From contig CAYMYC010000002.1 of assembly GCA_964394645.1 (NCBI GenBank), positions 28,105-92,104 of the forward strand: a stretch of 64,000 nucleotides of DNA, given 5' to 3'. A model generated the notes under the pieces. That model did not search any database and had not been told where the DNA came from. It saw nothing but the letters and a program-made list of their open reading frames with translations. Origin of the DNA: an uncultured Gammaproteobacteria bacterium. Its GTDB lineage: Bacteria; Patescibacteriota; Microgenomatia; Levybacterales; GWA1-39-11. Numbering within the stretch: position 1 is the stretch's first letter; each line of letters begins with the position of its first letter. Shown piece after piece: positions 37,263-48,287 of the stretch. Position numbers and translations under genes: made by a program.

Positions 37263-38828
37263 ATGCAGATGTCTATTAATCAATACACAAAAGAATTATT
37301 TAAGTATTTTATTAAGGAGGAAAAGAAGCTTCAAAAGCAAGGTTTAACCGTTAATCCTATTGTTTCAGAAATCGCATCATGGTATGAAAAATTAAGAAAC
37401 GCAATGGAATACCGGCAGGATGAGGTATTGCTTCAATCTACAATATTACGAATAATTAAACGAAGAATTTTATTGGGTGGTGGCAAAGGGGTTGCGGGAC
37501 CACTTGTTCGTGAATTGATATGGGCACGTTACCTTCCAGACGGAAGCGTTACGGAAGATTTAATTCATGCCGCGCAAGACAAAATAGACACATATCTTAA
37601 GTTGAGGCGCTATATTATAGATAATAAAATCCTAAAAGATGGTGAGGCAACAAAGCTAGTATACGATCTTCTTTCATCTGATCTTGAAAATCTTCTTAAT
37701 CCAAGACCTGACCGTGAGGCTATGGCAAACTATATTTTTCATTCGCTACATCCAAATATAACACTTGAGAATGAAACAGAAGATACACTTAATGTGCAAT
37801 TGTTTATTGCAATAAGACGATCTTACACGAAGGATAATTTAGCCCTCTTGCGATTTAACCTTTTCAAGCAATATTTTGGAGGGGTAACAAGTGATAGTTT
37901 TGAAAAAGTCTCAGTAGGTTTTTCAGAAGCGTTTGCGAGTATTGAGCGAGCAATTGAACACCCGCTTAGATATAAAATTGCAAATTATGTAAAAAAATAT
38001 ATCCCTCCTTTTTTAATTCTTGAAGATATTATAAGAACTCAGGAGGGGAATATTTACACACTTATTGAGAATGAAGAAGAATTTTCAAACGTGGTAATTT
38101 CAACATGCGAGAAGAAGTATAGTGGTATTGCATCAAAAGTCAGGCGGGCGATTGTAAGATCAGTTGTTTTTATATTAATATCTAAGGTTCTTTTCGCCTT
38201 TGTTATAGAAGGAACGTATGAGAAATATGCATATGGGCATATTCAGTGGTTGACTTTGGGTTTGAATATTGTAGCTCCTGTGTCTCTTATGATAATTGCA
38301 AGCTTTTTTATAACTACTCCAAACAGAAGTAATTCTTTAAGAATCCTTCATGCTATCCGTGAGTTGATGTTTTCCGTGGAGCCTAGGATTGGATACTCAA
38401 TTACTTTTCAGGATCCTTCAAAAAAGAAAAACACGCTTTCGGACATTATCTTTACCATATTGTGGTTTACCACGTTCCTTATCAGTTTTGGCTTTATTGT
38501 ATTTGTTTTAACAAAACTAGACTTTAATATCATAAGCCAGGGTATATTCCTGTTCTTTATTGCGATAGTATCTTTCCTGTCTTACCGTATAAGTCAAACT
38601 GCTCATATTTATACGCTTGAGGATAAACAAAGTATTAAAACTCTTGTTGCAGACTTCTTTTTCTTACCTGTTGCCCGAGTAGGTATGTATCTAACAGAGG
38701 GAATTTCGCAAGTGAATATAATTCTTTTCTTATTTGATTTTGTGATAGAGACTCCTTTTAAAGGGCTTTTTGGATTTTTTGATCAGTGGTTTTTATATCT
38801 TCATTCAAAGCGAGAGAATCTGGAGTAA
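37263..38828 (+). CDS. Hypothetical membrane protein (large soluble N-terminus, about 4-5 C-terminal TM)
   Basis: Long ORF; YEKLRNAMEYR motif; hydrophobic C-terminal helices. Confidence 0.75.
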   Translation: MQMSINQYTKELFKYFIKEEKKLQKQGLTVNPIVSEIASWYEKLRNAMEYRQDEVLLQSTILRIIKRRILLGGGKGVAGPLVRELIWARYLPDGSVTEDLIHAAQDKIDTYLKLRRYIIDNKILKDGEATKLVYDLLSSDLENLLNPRPDREAMANYIFHSLHPNITLENETEDTLNVQLFIAIRRSYTKDNLALLRFNLFKQYFGGVTSDSFEKVSVGFSEAFASIERAIEHPLRYKIANYVKKYIPPFLILEDIIRTQEGNIYTLIENEEEFSNVVISTCEKKYSGIASKVRRAIVRSVVFILISKVLFAFVIEGTYEKYAYGHIQWLTLGLNIVAPVSLMIIASFFITTPNRSNSLRILHAIRELMFSVEPRIGYSITFQDPSKKKNTLSDIIFTILWFTTFLISFGFIVFVLTKLDFNIISQGIFLFFIAIVSFLSYRISQTAHIYTLEDKQSIKTLVADFFFLPVARVGMYLTEGISQVNIILFLFDFVIETPFKGLFGFFDQWFLYLHSKRENLE

Positions 38829-38860
38829 TCCGCGGCATATTTTCGTATAATAAGAAGAGA

Positions 38861-40126
38861 ATGGTTGAGCGGTCTGAGTTAGTTCGAATTTTATTCAATA
38901 CTGTTTCACAGATTACTGTCCGTTTTTCAGGGACTATTACTACTTTTCTGACTACTCTACTTATACTTTCAGTTTTGGGAGTCTCAAGTTTGGGAAGTTT
39001 TGTGAAAATTACATCTTTTGTTGCTCTTTTTTATATTCTTATTGACTTTGGACTAAACACTATATACCTCAGAGATCATTTTGAGAAAACGGAAGATTTT
39101 TTTGGAAATCTAATATTTTTAAGGCTACTTCTTTCATTAGGTGTATTTTTACTTGTTTGCTGTGTTATAGTCTTTACTCCATCCGGTTTTTCTTTTGGGT
39201 TTTCGAATTCTGAGAAATTAGGAGTATTCATATACTCTCTTACTCTTTTTACTGAAGGCATACTTATTTCTTTTTCGGGGCTAACACAAAAAAAACTGCT
39301 TCAAAAAACATTAATTTTTCCAAGCATCATATCTTCAATAGTAGTTTTAATTTTAGTAGTGTTAGGTGTCATATCATCAAACATTTTTCTGATACTACTT
39401 GCATACCCAATTGGTGAGTTGGTGCAAATATTATTCCTTTTGTATTTTGTAAAGAAAAGTATTTTATTTACGATTTTACCAAGCTCGTTTTATTCTTTTT
39501 CAAAAAAAACACTTATAGCAAGTGTTCCGTTGGCTCTCATGTTATTTTTAAATGTTGTTTATTTTAGAGTTGATACTATTATCCTATCAATGTATAAATC
39601 AAATATAGATGTTGGCGTATACGGTTTTTCATATAAGATCTTTGAATTTTTATTAGTTATACCGACATTTCTATCATCGAGTGTTTTTCCAATACTTATT
39701 CTACATAAAAATAACGCATATGAATTTAAGAAAAGAGTAAGGTCATATTTTGCTATTCTGTTAGGAATTTCAGTATGCATGTCAACTCTTGTTTTCCTAT
39801 TAGCTCCTTTTTTAGTTTATTTTAAAAATGATATTGCAGCTTCCCAAACTACGCTTCAAATACTTTCATTTTCACTGCCGTTTTTTTTCTTGACAAGCCT
39901 TATGCAGTGGGTATTATTATTGAAAGGAAAAATATTGAGTTTAATTCTTATATATTTTCTAACAATGTTTGTGAATATAACATTGAATGTGGTGCTTGTT
40001 CCAACTTTTTCGTATAATGCATCAGCTGCAGTTACCGTAGTTACAGAAATTCTTGTTTTTTGCGGTATGATTCCCGCATTTACATTTGCGTGCATGGAAA
40101 AATCTACGAAACGTATGAGCAAATAG
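38861..40126 (+). CDS. Wzx-like oligosaccharide flippase
   Basis: About 12 TM; DFGL, YFRVDTIILS...VGVYG, NITLNVVLVP. Confidence 0.85.
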   Translation: MVERSELVRILFNTVSQITVRFSGTITTFLTTLLILSVLGVSSLGSFVKITSFVALFYILIDFGLNTIYLRDHFEKTEDFFGNLIFLRLLLSLGVFLLVCCVIVFTPSGFSFGFSNSEKLGVFIYSLTLFTEGILISFSGLTQKKLLQKTLIFPSIISSIVVLILVVLGVISSNIFLILLAYPIGELVQILFLLYFVKKSILFTILPSSFYSFSKKTLIASVPLALMLFLNVVYFRVDTIILSMYKSNIDVGVYGFSYKIFEFLLVIPTFLSSSVFPILILHKNNAYEFKKRVRSYFAILLGISVCMSTLVFLLAPFLVYFKNDIAASQTTLQILSFSLPFFFLTSLMQWVLLLKGKILSLILIYFLTMFVNITLNVVLVPTFSYNASAAVTVVTEILVFCGMIPAFTFACMEKSTKRMSK

Positions 40127-40127
40127 T

Positions 40128-40535
40128 ATGATACTTACAATTTTTTGCGATGGAGGTAGTCGAAATAATCCAGGAGATGCTGCGTATGGATTCGTGGTTT
40201 ATAAAGAGGGAAAAGAAATTTTTAAAAATGGAGAAAAGATAGGAATTGCAACAAATAATGTCGCTGAATATACAGCAATTGTAAAGGCATTAATTTGGGT
40301 AAAAGAAAACATGACTACCTCCACAGAAGTTCACTTTTTTTTAGACTCAGCGCTTGCGGTAAATCAAATGAAGGGGATTTTTAAGGTGAGAAATGAAGGT
40401 CTTAGGAGTTTATATTTTACCGTTAAGTCATTGGAGAAAATAATGGGTATTAAAACGGTGTATACAGCAATTCCTCGTGAAAAAAATAAAGAAGCAGATC
40501 GTATGGTTAACCTGGCGCTTGATGGTAAAATTTAA
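40128..40535 (+). CDS. Ribonuclease HI family protein
   Basis: FCDGGSRNNPG, TNNVAEY, DSALAVNQ, PREKNKEAD. Confidence 0.92.
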   Translation: MILTIFCDGGSRNNPGDAAYGFVVYKEGKEIFKNGEKIGIATNNVAEYTAIVKALIWVKENMTTSTEVHFFLDSALAVNQMKGIFKVRNEGLRSLYFTVKSLEKIMGIKTVYTAIPREKNKEADRMVNLALDGKI

Positions 40536-40553
40536 TTCTTCTACAATAAGATC

Positions 40554-43190
40554 ATGTCCCACCATCTTGTAGTTGAAGAAGTGCAAAAAACTCTCCCCCC
40601 CATTTTATTAATTGATACGAATTCTGGTCTTAAGAATACACTATTAAATCTACTTGTAAAAAAGATAGGAGATAATAGCAAAATATATGTTTTGAGCTCA
40701 AAGAATGTAGAGGGAATATATGAACGAATATCTCCTTTAGGAGCATATTTTTTTGATCATCTTTCTGATGACCTAGGTCATTCAGTTATATTTCTTGATG
40801 ATATTTCTCAAAAGAAAAAAGTACTTGAAATAATTTCTAAGTTAGCAGTTCGGAAAACAAGGGTAGTAATTGTCATTCCTTACAGAGTAGTTGAGCACTT
40901 TATAGATGTAATGCTCGTTTTAAAGGATAATAAAAACGTAATTATTGCCCTTCTTGGTGATATTTATGGAAATAGTAACCAGAAAACTCCTCTTTCTCAA
41001 ATTATCAAGTCTGCTGTAGTTGATAAGGTGATAACGATTTCAGGGAATGACCTTATGAAAGTTTTTCCTATATCAGACGTTGATGCGGTTACATCAATTG
41101 AGTATTTACTTTTTGGCGTAAGAAATCCTGTTTTTATATACAATCTTTTTTATAAATCTCCTCAAACGTTCACTTCTCTAATTCATATATTAAAGCGACA
41201 AGAGCCCGAGCTTGCGGTAATTTATGATGAGAATTCAGAGAAAGATGCGCTTTTTGTAAAAAAAGACAAGGCGCAACTAATCAAAGAGAGACTTGCAGTT
41301 ACCCCTCAGTATGTAGAGTATGGGACTGGATTTGAGAAAAGTATAGAGCACTTAGATATAATAAAACAGCAGACCACAAAAGGGGAAAATAAAAAAAATC
41401 ATAATAATGTATATTTTTTAAAAAAGTTACTGAAGATATTTAAATTTTTACTTATCGGATTTTTTATTTACGCATTCCTAACGGCTTTTTTATTTTTAAT
41501 AAGTATAGTTACATTTAATATAGGAGCTAAAGAAGTAACAAAGGGAAATTTTTCTGATGCTAGTAAATACCTATCTGTAAGTAATATTTTGTACAATGCT
41601 ACAAATAAAAGTGTTTCAGTATTTGTTGTTTTACCTTCAGAGTTAACGCAAGGTAAAATTAGGGATCAGGTAGTTGTATTTGGAGATATAGTGCAGATTT
41701 CCAATGAAATAATTTTAGTACTTTCGGACTTTGAAAAGAATGACGAGACAATATCGCAGGAGAAATTAAAAAAAGCTTTTTCTACGTTTACTCAATTATA
41801 TTTTCTTCTTGAAAAGTCAGATATCCCCGAATATGGTAAAAGTACTATTCTCTCACTTCTCTCCAGCTCATCAAGTGTTCTTCCTCTTTTGCCAGTTATG
41901 CCATCTTTGCTGGGTTTTGAAGATGAAAAAACATATCTCTTGCTATTTCAAAACAATACAGAGCTTAGACCGACAGGTGGTTTTATTGGATCAGTTGGTA
42001 AATTAACCATTAAAAACGGAAAAATTAAAAACTTAAAAATTCAGGATGTATACGATTTAGACGGACAGTTAAGAGGACATATTGAACCCCATTTTATTGT
42101 TCGTAGGTATCTTCAGCCGCATTTGTATCTTAGGGACAGTAATTTTTCTCCGGATTTTTCTGCGTCAGCGAGTATGTCTGCTTTGTTATACAATTTGGAA
42201 GGTGGAGGAGAGGTGCACGGAGTTATAGCTGTAGATACAACTGTTCTTATAGAAGCATTAAAAATATCAGGACCAATAACTTTACCCTCAGGAGACAAGG
42301 TAACAAGTGAGAACGTTGTTAATCTACTAGACAAAACAATACATGAAGATTTTTTCCCAGGATCTAGCACTAAGAAAGATACGCTCAATACTCTTTTCAA
42401 TAAAATTACTGTTTTGTTTGAAAACGATAAACAAAAAAAAACTAAACTTGCTCGTGCACTCCTGCAGCTTGCATTCCAGAAGCATATACTATTTTCATTT
42501 ATTAATAACTCTACCCAAAAAGCTTTTGTAGGGGCAGGTCTTGCGGGAAGCATGTTAGACCCAAGAGATGAAAATGGGGCAGTAGCCGATTTCTTATCTA
42601 TAAATGAAGCTAATATAGGAGTCAATAAAGCAAACTCGCATATAAAAAGAAAGGTTTTGTATTCTGCATATGTTAAGCCTGGGGTTCTTGAATCTGATGT
42701 TCTTGTTGAATATGCAAACGAAGGGAGTCAGGAGTACAAAGTATATATACGTTTTCTTGTTCCTCAAGACGCACAAGAGATAAGCATATTTATTGATGGG
42801 GTAAAGCAGGAGATTATTCCTGCTGTGACTTCCTCTTCTCAGTATGAGAAGAAAGGGTTTCGACAGCCAGTAGGTCTTGAGGTCGATGAGGAAATTGATG
42901 CAAACAAACACAAAGCAATAGGCTTTATCACTACAATTCCACCACACAAGACAAGCCGGGTGAGGGTTTTGTATGGCAATACGAAGATAGTTCCAAAAAC
43001 AAAAAAGATCCCCTACTCTCTTCTTTATATAAAGCAACCTGGAACAGATAAATATCCGTTAACTATTCAATTGCAATCCGATCCGAGGTTTACAGTAAGT
43101 AGCAAGGGAAGCGAAGATGTTATATTGTTTAATGATTATATTTTAGGAGACAAAGAATTTACAAGAGAATTAATACAGGTAAAGGATTAA
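40554..43190 (+). CDS. DUF4012-domain membrane protein
   Basis: YLLLFQNNTELRPTGGFIGS, LRDSNFSPDF, NIGVNKAN, KQPG. Confidence 0.85.
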   Translation: MSHHLVVEEVQKTLPPILLIDTNSGLKNTLLNLLVKKIGDNSKIYVLSSKNVEGIYERISPLGAYFFDHLSDDLGHSVIFLDDISQKKKVLEIISKLAVRKTRVVIVIPYRVVEHFIDVMLVLKDNKNVIIALLGDIYGNSNQKTPLSQIIKSAVVDKVITISGNDLMKVFPISDVDAVTSIEYLLFGVRNPVFIYNLFYKSPQTFTSLIHILKRQEPELAVIYDENSEKDALFVKKDKAQLIKERLAVTPQYVEYGTGFEKSIEHLDIIKQQTTKGENKKNHNNVYFLKKLLKIFKFLLIGFFIYAFLTAFLFLISIVTFNIGAKEVTKGNFSDASKYLSVSNILYNATNKSVSVFVVLPSELTQGKIRDQVVVFGDIVQISNEIILVLSDFEKNDETISQEKLKKAFSTFTQLYFLLEKSDIPEYGKSTILSLLSSSSSVLPLLPVMPSLLGFEDEKTYLLLFQNNTELRPTGGFIGSVGKLTIKNGKIKNLKIQDVYDLDGQLRGHIEPHFIVRRYLQPHLYLRDSNFSPDFSASASMSALLYNLEGGGEVHGVIAVDTTVLIEALKISGPITLPSGDKVTSENVVNLLDKTIHEDFFPGSSTKKDTLNTLFNKITVLFENDKQKKTKLARALLQLAFQKHILFSFINNSTQKAFVGAGLAGSMLDPRDENGAVADFLSINEANIGVNKANSHIKRKVLYSAYVKPGVLESDVLVEYANEGSQEYKVYIRFLVPQDAQEISIFIDGVKQEIIPAVTSSSQYEKKGFRQPVGLEVDEEIDANKHKAIGFITTIPPHKTSRVRVLYGNTKIVPKTKKIPYSLLYIKQPGTDKYPLTIQLQSDPRFTVSSKGSEDVILFNDYILGDKEFTRELIQVKD

Positions 43191-43216
43191 ACTATGGTTT
43201 GCTTGAATAGTACTTT

Positions 43217-44224
43217 TTAGTTGCTAAATTCTTGAACAAACATTTTTCCATATACTCCCGCATCAATAACTCCTACTCCAACTTTAATAAATGATGTATC
43301 CAAAATATTTTTTCTATGTCCATCACTTTTCATAAGCCCTGACATTGCCAGGTCCACCTCTGGTGCAAAAGCTAAGTTTTCAGCTGCGCTTGTGTATGAA
43401 ATTGAGTTATTTTCTAGCCTATCAAAAGGAGATAGGCCCTCAGGTGTATAATGTGAAAAATATCCCCGAACTAGCATATCTTTCGCGTGTGCGCGTGCGT
43501 CTTGTGTGAGTGCCCTATCAAATATGAGTGGGTCTATACCCTTCTTCTCTCTCTCTGCGTTTATAAGAGCAATCATTTTTTTTTCTGATGTACTATCAAC
43601 TGTCCCATTATTTGTTTTAAAATGGAGAGTAACTGTGCTGTCTGCATCAGGTTTTATTGTTAAAAAATTTAGGCTTTCGGATATTGCTCCTCCAAAAATT
43701 CGTCGTGTTGCAAGTTCAAAAGACAGAGTTCTTGTAAATATAAGCCGCCCCGTAAGGGAAGATTTAATTTGAGATTTTATTGCAATCGAAACAGGAAAGG
43801 ATAAAAGGACAGAGACGATAAAGGAGCAAATAAGTAAAAATGAAAGCACACCGAAAGCTCCTCCTAAAAGCCTCGAAGACATATTTGGAAATACCAACGA
43901 TGTTCTTCTGGTAAAGTATGCAATAACATTTGAGGTAACAGCGTATAGTGCTACAGCAATAAGTATAAACGAGAGAGCATCAGATATTCCTTTTGAAAGT
44001 GAAAATGCAGAAATTAATAAAGATGCAAGGTGCGGGTAGAATAACAATCCGCCAATAAACGCTGCTACGGTAGCTGCAAGATTTGTCAGGGCAGGTAGTG
44101 CTCCTAGTGAGGCCTCTTCAAACACATAAAAAATAAATGCGACAATCAGGATGATATCAAAAATATTTATAGGAAGTGAGAATAATAATGATACCAATGC
44201 GTGATAAACGTTTAAAAATTCCAT
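43217..44224 (-). CDS. CvpA-like membrane domain fused to a CAP/SCP domain
   Basis: NIFDII...SRLLGGAFG; LINAER...HAKDM..RGYFSH...AENLA...SDGHRKNIL. Confidence 0.85.
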   Translation of the reverse strand: MEFLNVYHALVSLLFSLPINIFDIILIVAFIFYVFEEASLGALPALTNLAATVAAFIGGLLFYPHLASLLISAFSLSKGISDALSFILIAVALYAVTSNVIAYFTRRTSLVFPNMSSRLLGGAFGVLSFLLICSFIVSVLLSFPVSIAIKSQIKSSLTGRLIFTRTLSFELATRRIFGGAISESLNFLTIKPDADSTVTLHFKTNNGTVDSTSEKKMIALINAEREKKGIDPLIFDRALTQDARAHAKDMLVRGYFSHYTPEGLSPFDRLENNSISYTSAAENLAFAPEVDLAMSGLMKSDGHRKNILDTSFIKVGVGVIDAGVYGKMFVQEFSN

Positions 44225-44340
44225 AAAATTTGAATCTTGGTATAAAAACACATATAATTTATCTAAACACATTAGGTGATGCGATATATATTATATACAG
44301 AATTTATATCCAACTCCACCGCGTACATAAGCTCCCTACC

Positions 44341-46503
44341 ATGAAAGAACGAATAAAGAAAACCTATATATATACGCACTGGAAAAGAATAGCAGTTATC
44401 GTTTTCGCTGTAGCGTTTATTATTTTTGCTTACTTTTATGTGTTAAAAGATATTCCAACGACCGCAACTATAGGGAATCGCAATTTCCCACAATCATCAA
44501 AAATTTATGACAGAAATGGAAAATTACTCTATACTATTTATACCTCTAAAAATCAAACATTTGTTCCGTTGTCAAAAATTCCCAAAAATTTACAGAAGGC
44601 AACTATTGCGATTGAAGATAAAGATTTCTATAATCACGGACCAGTAGATATTCGAGGGATAGTAAGAGCCGCATACTCTACTCTTGTAAAAAAACAAACA
44701 CAAGGAGGTTCTACTCTTACTCAACAGCTTGTAAAGACAACATTGCTTACTCCAGAGCAAACAATTCAGCGGAAAATTAAAGAAGTTATACTTTCTTTTA
44801 TTGTTGAGGAAACGCATTCTAAGGATTCAATTTTGGAGATGTATTTAAACCAGGTACCATATGGTGGTACTGCTTATGGAGTGCAGGCAGCAAGCCAAGT
44901 ATACTTTGATAAGCCAGTTTCAAAGCTTAATCTTGCTGAATCAGCATTTTTAGCAGGTCTTCCAGAAGCCCCTTCTCTATACTCGCCTTTTGGGTCACAC
45001 CCGGAGGCGGCAAAGCGACGTCAGGAGGAAATACTAAGAAAAATGTATGAGCAAAAGTATATTTCAAAGAAACAAATGGGAAATGCCCTAAAAGAGAATC
45101 TTAAATTTACAAAAATTAGAGATAGAATTCTTGCGCCCCATTTTGTTTTTTATGTGAAAGACTTGTTGGTGCAAAAATATGGACAAAAGATGGTCGAGCA
45201 AGGAGGGCTTCAAGTAACTACAACTTTAGATCTTGCACTTCAGGAATATGCTCAGGCATCTTTATCTGCTGAAATTGAGGATTCCTCACAGTACAAAATT
45301 ACAAACGGTGCAGCATTGGTAACGCAACCCGGAACAGGAGAGATACTGGCTATGATAGGTTCAAAAAATTATTTTGATACTGAGCAAGATGGGAATGTAA
45401 ATGTTGCTCTTTCAAAAAGGCAACCAGGTTCATCTATAAAGCCAATTAACTACGCAACTGGATTAGTAAAAGGATTTACAGCTGCAACACCATTTGTCGA
45501 TGAAAGGACTTGTTTCAATAATGTCGGACAGCCTGATTATTGTCCTGTTAATTATGATGGTAAATTTCATGGTGTGCAGCAGATGAGGTATTCATTGGGC
45601 AACTCGTATAATATTCCAGCAGTTAAGATGCTTAAGGCAAATGGAATTGATGCGATGATTGCTACAGCTTCTGCAATGGGAATAACAACTTTTACAGATC
45701 CGGAAAGGTATGGATTATCCCTTACTTTAGGAGGAGGAGAAGTTACGATGCTTAATTTGGCAGAGGCATTTGGTGTGTTTGCAAACGGGGGGTATAAAAT
45801 TCCTCTTACTCCAATTTTAAAGGTGACAAATGGCAGCGGGAAAGTATTGGAGCAGTACGTTCCACCAAGCAGTCCAATATTTGGTGAGAAAGTTCTTCCA
45901 AGTGGGGTTGCGTTCATCGTCTCCCACATGTTGCAAGACAATAGTGCAAGAACCGCAGCCTTTGGACCGTCGTCAGTATTAAAAGTTAAAAACTATCCGA
46001 TTTCAGTAAAGACAGGGACAACAAATGACTATAGAGATAATTGGACTATTGGATATTCTCCTTCCTATGTAGTTGCTGTCTGGGTTGGGAATAATGATAA
46101 TACTCCTATGAGTGGGATAGTCTCAGGCGTATCAGGTGCTGCTCCTATCTGGCGATCTGTAATGGACTATATGGTTGAAAAAAATCCTCCGAAGGCTCTT
46201 ATTCAGCCAGACAATGTTGTAGGTCTTACAGTTTGTGCAGATTCAGGTCTTTTACCCCCTCCTGATGGAACACCGGATAGGTGCCCCACTAGATATGAGT
46301 ATTTTGTAAAGGGTACACAGCCAAAACAAACTGATCCTGGAAAACAAAAGGTACAAGTTGATAAAGATACTCATGATCTTCCACCAAAAGGTAAAACTGA
46401 CAATCTAGTAGAGGAGGATCATAGAGTTATAACCGACGTTACTGGAGATAGATATTGCGTTGATTGTCCACATCCTCAACCATCTCCCTCTCCAAATCCT
46501 TAA
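44341..46503 (+). CDS. Class A penicillin-binding protein (PBP1A family)
   Basis: GT51 motifs EDKDFY.H, GGSTLTQQL, RKIKE; transpeptidase motifs SSIK, SYN, KTG. Confidence 0.95.
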   Translation: MKERIKKTYIYTHWKRIAVIVFAVAFIIFAYFYVLKDIPTTATIGNRNFPQSSKIYDRNGKLLYTIYTSKNQTFVPLSKIPKNLQKATIAIEDKDFYNHGPVDIRGIVRAAYSTLVKKQTQGGSTLTQQLVKTTLLTPEQTIQRKIKEVILSFIVEETHSKDSILEMYLNQVPYGGTAYGVQAASQVYFDKPVSKLNLAESAFLAGLPEAPSLYSPFGSHPEAAKRRQEEILRKMYEQKYISKKQMGNALKENLKFTKIRDRILAPHFVFYVKDLLVQKYGQKMVEQGGLQVTTTLDLALQEYAQASLSAEIEDSSQYKITNGAALVTQPGTGEILAMIGSKNYFDTEQDGNVNVALSKRQPGSSIKPINYATGLVKGFTAATPFVDERTCFNNVGQPDYCPVNYDGKFHGVQQMRYSLGNSYNIPAVKMLKANGIDAMIATASAMGITTFTDPERYGLSLTLGGGEVTMLNLAEAFGVFANGGYKIPLTPILKVTNGSGKVLEQYVPPSSPIFGEKVLPSGVAFIVSHMLQDNSARTAAFGPSSVLKVKNYPISVKTGTTNDYRDNWTIGYSPSYVVAVWVGNNDNTPMSGIVSGVSGAAPIWRSVMDYMVEKNPPKALIQPDNVVGLTVCADSGLLPPPDGTPDRCPTRYEYFVKGTQPKQTDPGKQKVQVDKDTHDLPPKGKTDNLVEEDHRVITDVTGDRYCVDCPHPQPSPSPNP

Positions 46504-46520
46504 AATTTTTACTGCTAAAA

Positions 46521-47819
46521 CTAATTGTTGTCTTGCACCTGATTTACATATGAAAGTCCCAAAACCATAGAGAAGAGTAACTGTCCTTGCTGAATAGTTA
46601 ATGGGTAATGGTCAAATAGCCCAACAAAAATAAATGAAAGAAGTAGCACAAGAGGTAGTTCATTAAATGAGAATAAATACTTTTCAGATTTTGCTTTTTC
46701 CCACGCTGTTGCTAATACAACGCTTAAAAAATACCCGAAAATGAATAACCCTAATAAACCAAGCTCACTTGCAATTAATAGAAAAATATTGTGAACGGGT
46801 TGCAAATACATGGTTGAAAAGCTCAATTGTTGATTTTCCTCAAAGGAATATGAATTTAATAATCCCACTCCTGTTAAAGGATTCGAGCTTAATGCATTTA
46901 TACTTACGCCTATTAATTTTTCTCTTGGCTTGATGCTGTCTATAAAACTAGTTGGATTAAAGCGCATGCCATAGAAAAAAAGATAGAAAACAGTAAAGAG
47001 AGTAAGCAAAGCAAGGAGTATATAATTTAATTTCCTCTTTTTTGTATCATGAAGAGTTACAAATCCAAATGCATACAGAAGAAACAAAAGATTAAGAAAA
47101 AGAATAACTCTTGAGAAAGTGAGAAATAACCCTGCTTGAATACATATAATTGCCGCAAAAAATAAATATCTTTTCAATTCTTTACTGTTATGCATTCCAT
47201 ATGTTGCAAAAACAGATGCAAGAAATAGAAAAAAACCTAAAACATTTGGATGGGGAAAAGTGCCATATGGGCGTACAAGAATGCCTTGGGGTAAGTTCAT
47301 GGTTGCGATTCCAATACTTAATATGTTGTAGTAACGTTCGCCAAAATAATATAAAAATCCGTTTATGGATTGTTGATTAATAAATTGGAAGACGGAAAGT
47401 GCTGATTCAAGTACCCCAGTAAGCGTAAAAAGAACGCATATTATTACTAGGTCTTTCTTTGACAGCATAGTTGCGGTAAACAATCCTAAATAGAGAAACT
47501 CAAAAAATTTGAGGATTCCAAAAAGCACTGCATATGGAGAACTTACATAAAATAATGAGACAACGCAAAGTGTAATTAATAGCAGAAATAATTTGTTTGA
47601 AAAAAATTTATAAAAAAGTGGCTTTTTTAGAACAAGAGTTATAGAAAATGTAAACAGAACAAATATTAAAATATCTGAGACGTAGAGAGCCGGGGAAAGA
47701 TAGTCAACCCTTATCCCATGTATGTATGAAAAATTTGGCCAAAAATGAGGACCAAATTGCTGGGGTAAAAAAATAATGAGAAGAAAAAAAATAAATTTGG
47801 AGATTCGTAGACGTTTCAA
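46521..47819 (-). CDS. O-antigen ligase/Wzy_C family membrane protein
   Basis: RPYGTFPHPN, LTFSR, PLTGVG, PVHNIFLLIASELG. Confidence 0.85.
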   Translation of the reverse strand: MKRLRISKFIFFLLIIFLPQQFGPHFWPNFSYIHGIRVDYLSPALYVSDILIFVLFTFSITLVLKKPLFYKFFSNKLFLLLITLCVVSLFYVSSPYAVLFGILKFFEFLYLGLFTATMLSKKDLVIICVLFTLTGVLESALSVFQFINQQSINGFLYYFGERYYNILSIGIATMNLPQGILVRPYGTFPHPNVLGFFLFLASVFATYGMHNSKELKRYLFFAAIICIQAGLFLTFSRVILFLNLLFLLYAFGFVTLHDTKKRKLNYILLALLTLFTVFYLFFYGMRFNPTSFIDSIKPREKLIGVSINALSSNPLTGVGLLNSYSFEENQQLSFSTMYLQPVHNIFLLIASELGLLGLFIFGYFLSVVLATAWEKAKSEKYLFSFNELPLVLLLSFIFVGLFDHYPLTIQQGQLLFSMVLGLSYVNQVQDNN

Positions 47820-47834
47820 CTAGAACATTGTAGA

Positions 47835-48287
47835 TTACTTCTTTTTGATTATCAATACGCGATCACGTTCATCACCAGTAGATTCTGTCATAACCTCAGC
47901 ATCCTCAGCTAGCGTCATGTGCACATGTCTTCTCTCCCATGGCTTTAGACCTCTTACGGATTTTTCAATTCCAGTTTCAAGCACTTCTTCTTTAAGTCTT
48001 GCGGCAAGGTCTGTAAGGTATGCTTCTCGTTCTTCTCTGTATCCACCAATCTCAATAAGAATTCTTTTACCCTCAGGTAGATCTTTTGCAACCAGAATAT
48101 AAATTACATATTCAAGAGCGGATAATGTATTTCCATGTTTCCCTATAAGTAAAGCGTTATTATCTTTTGCATCTATACCTACGACAAGCGCCTCATCCCG
48201 CTCTGATACAGAGACTTCTGCCTCTATGTCCATAAGGTGCATCAGCTCTTCAATTTTTTCTGTTATTAGTTTAATGTTTTCTTCCAT
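47835..48287 (-). CDS. jag: Jag/KhpB RNA-binding protein (KH + R3H)
   Basis: LIGKHGNTLSAL, ERRHVH, TESTG; follows yidC. Confidence 0.88.
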   Translation of the reverse strand: MEENIKLITEKIEELMHLMDIEAEVSVSERDEALVVGIDAKDNNALLIGKHGNTLSALEYVIYILVAKDLPEGKRILIEIGGYREEREAYLTDLAARLKEEVLETGIEKSVRGLKPWERRHVHMTLAEDAEVMTESTGDERDRVLIIKKK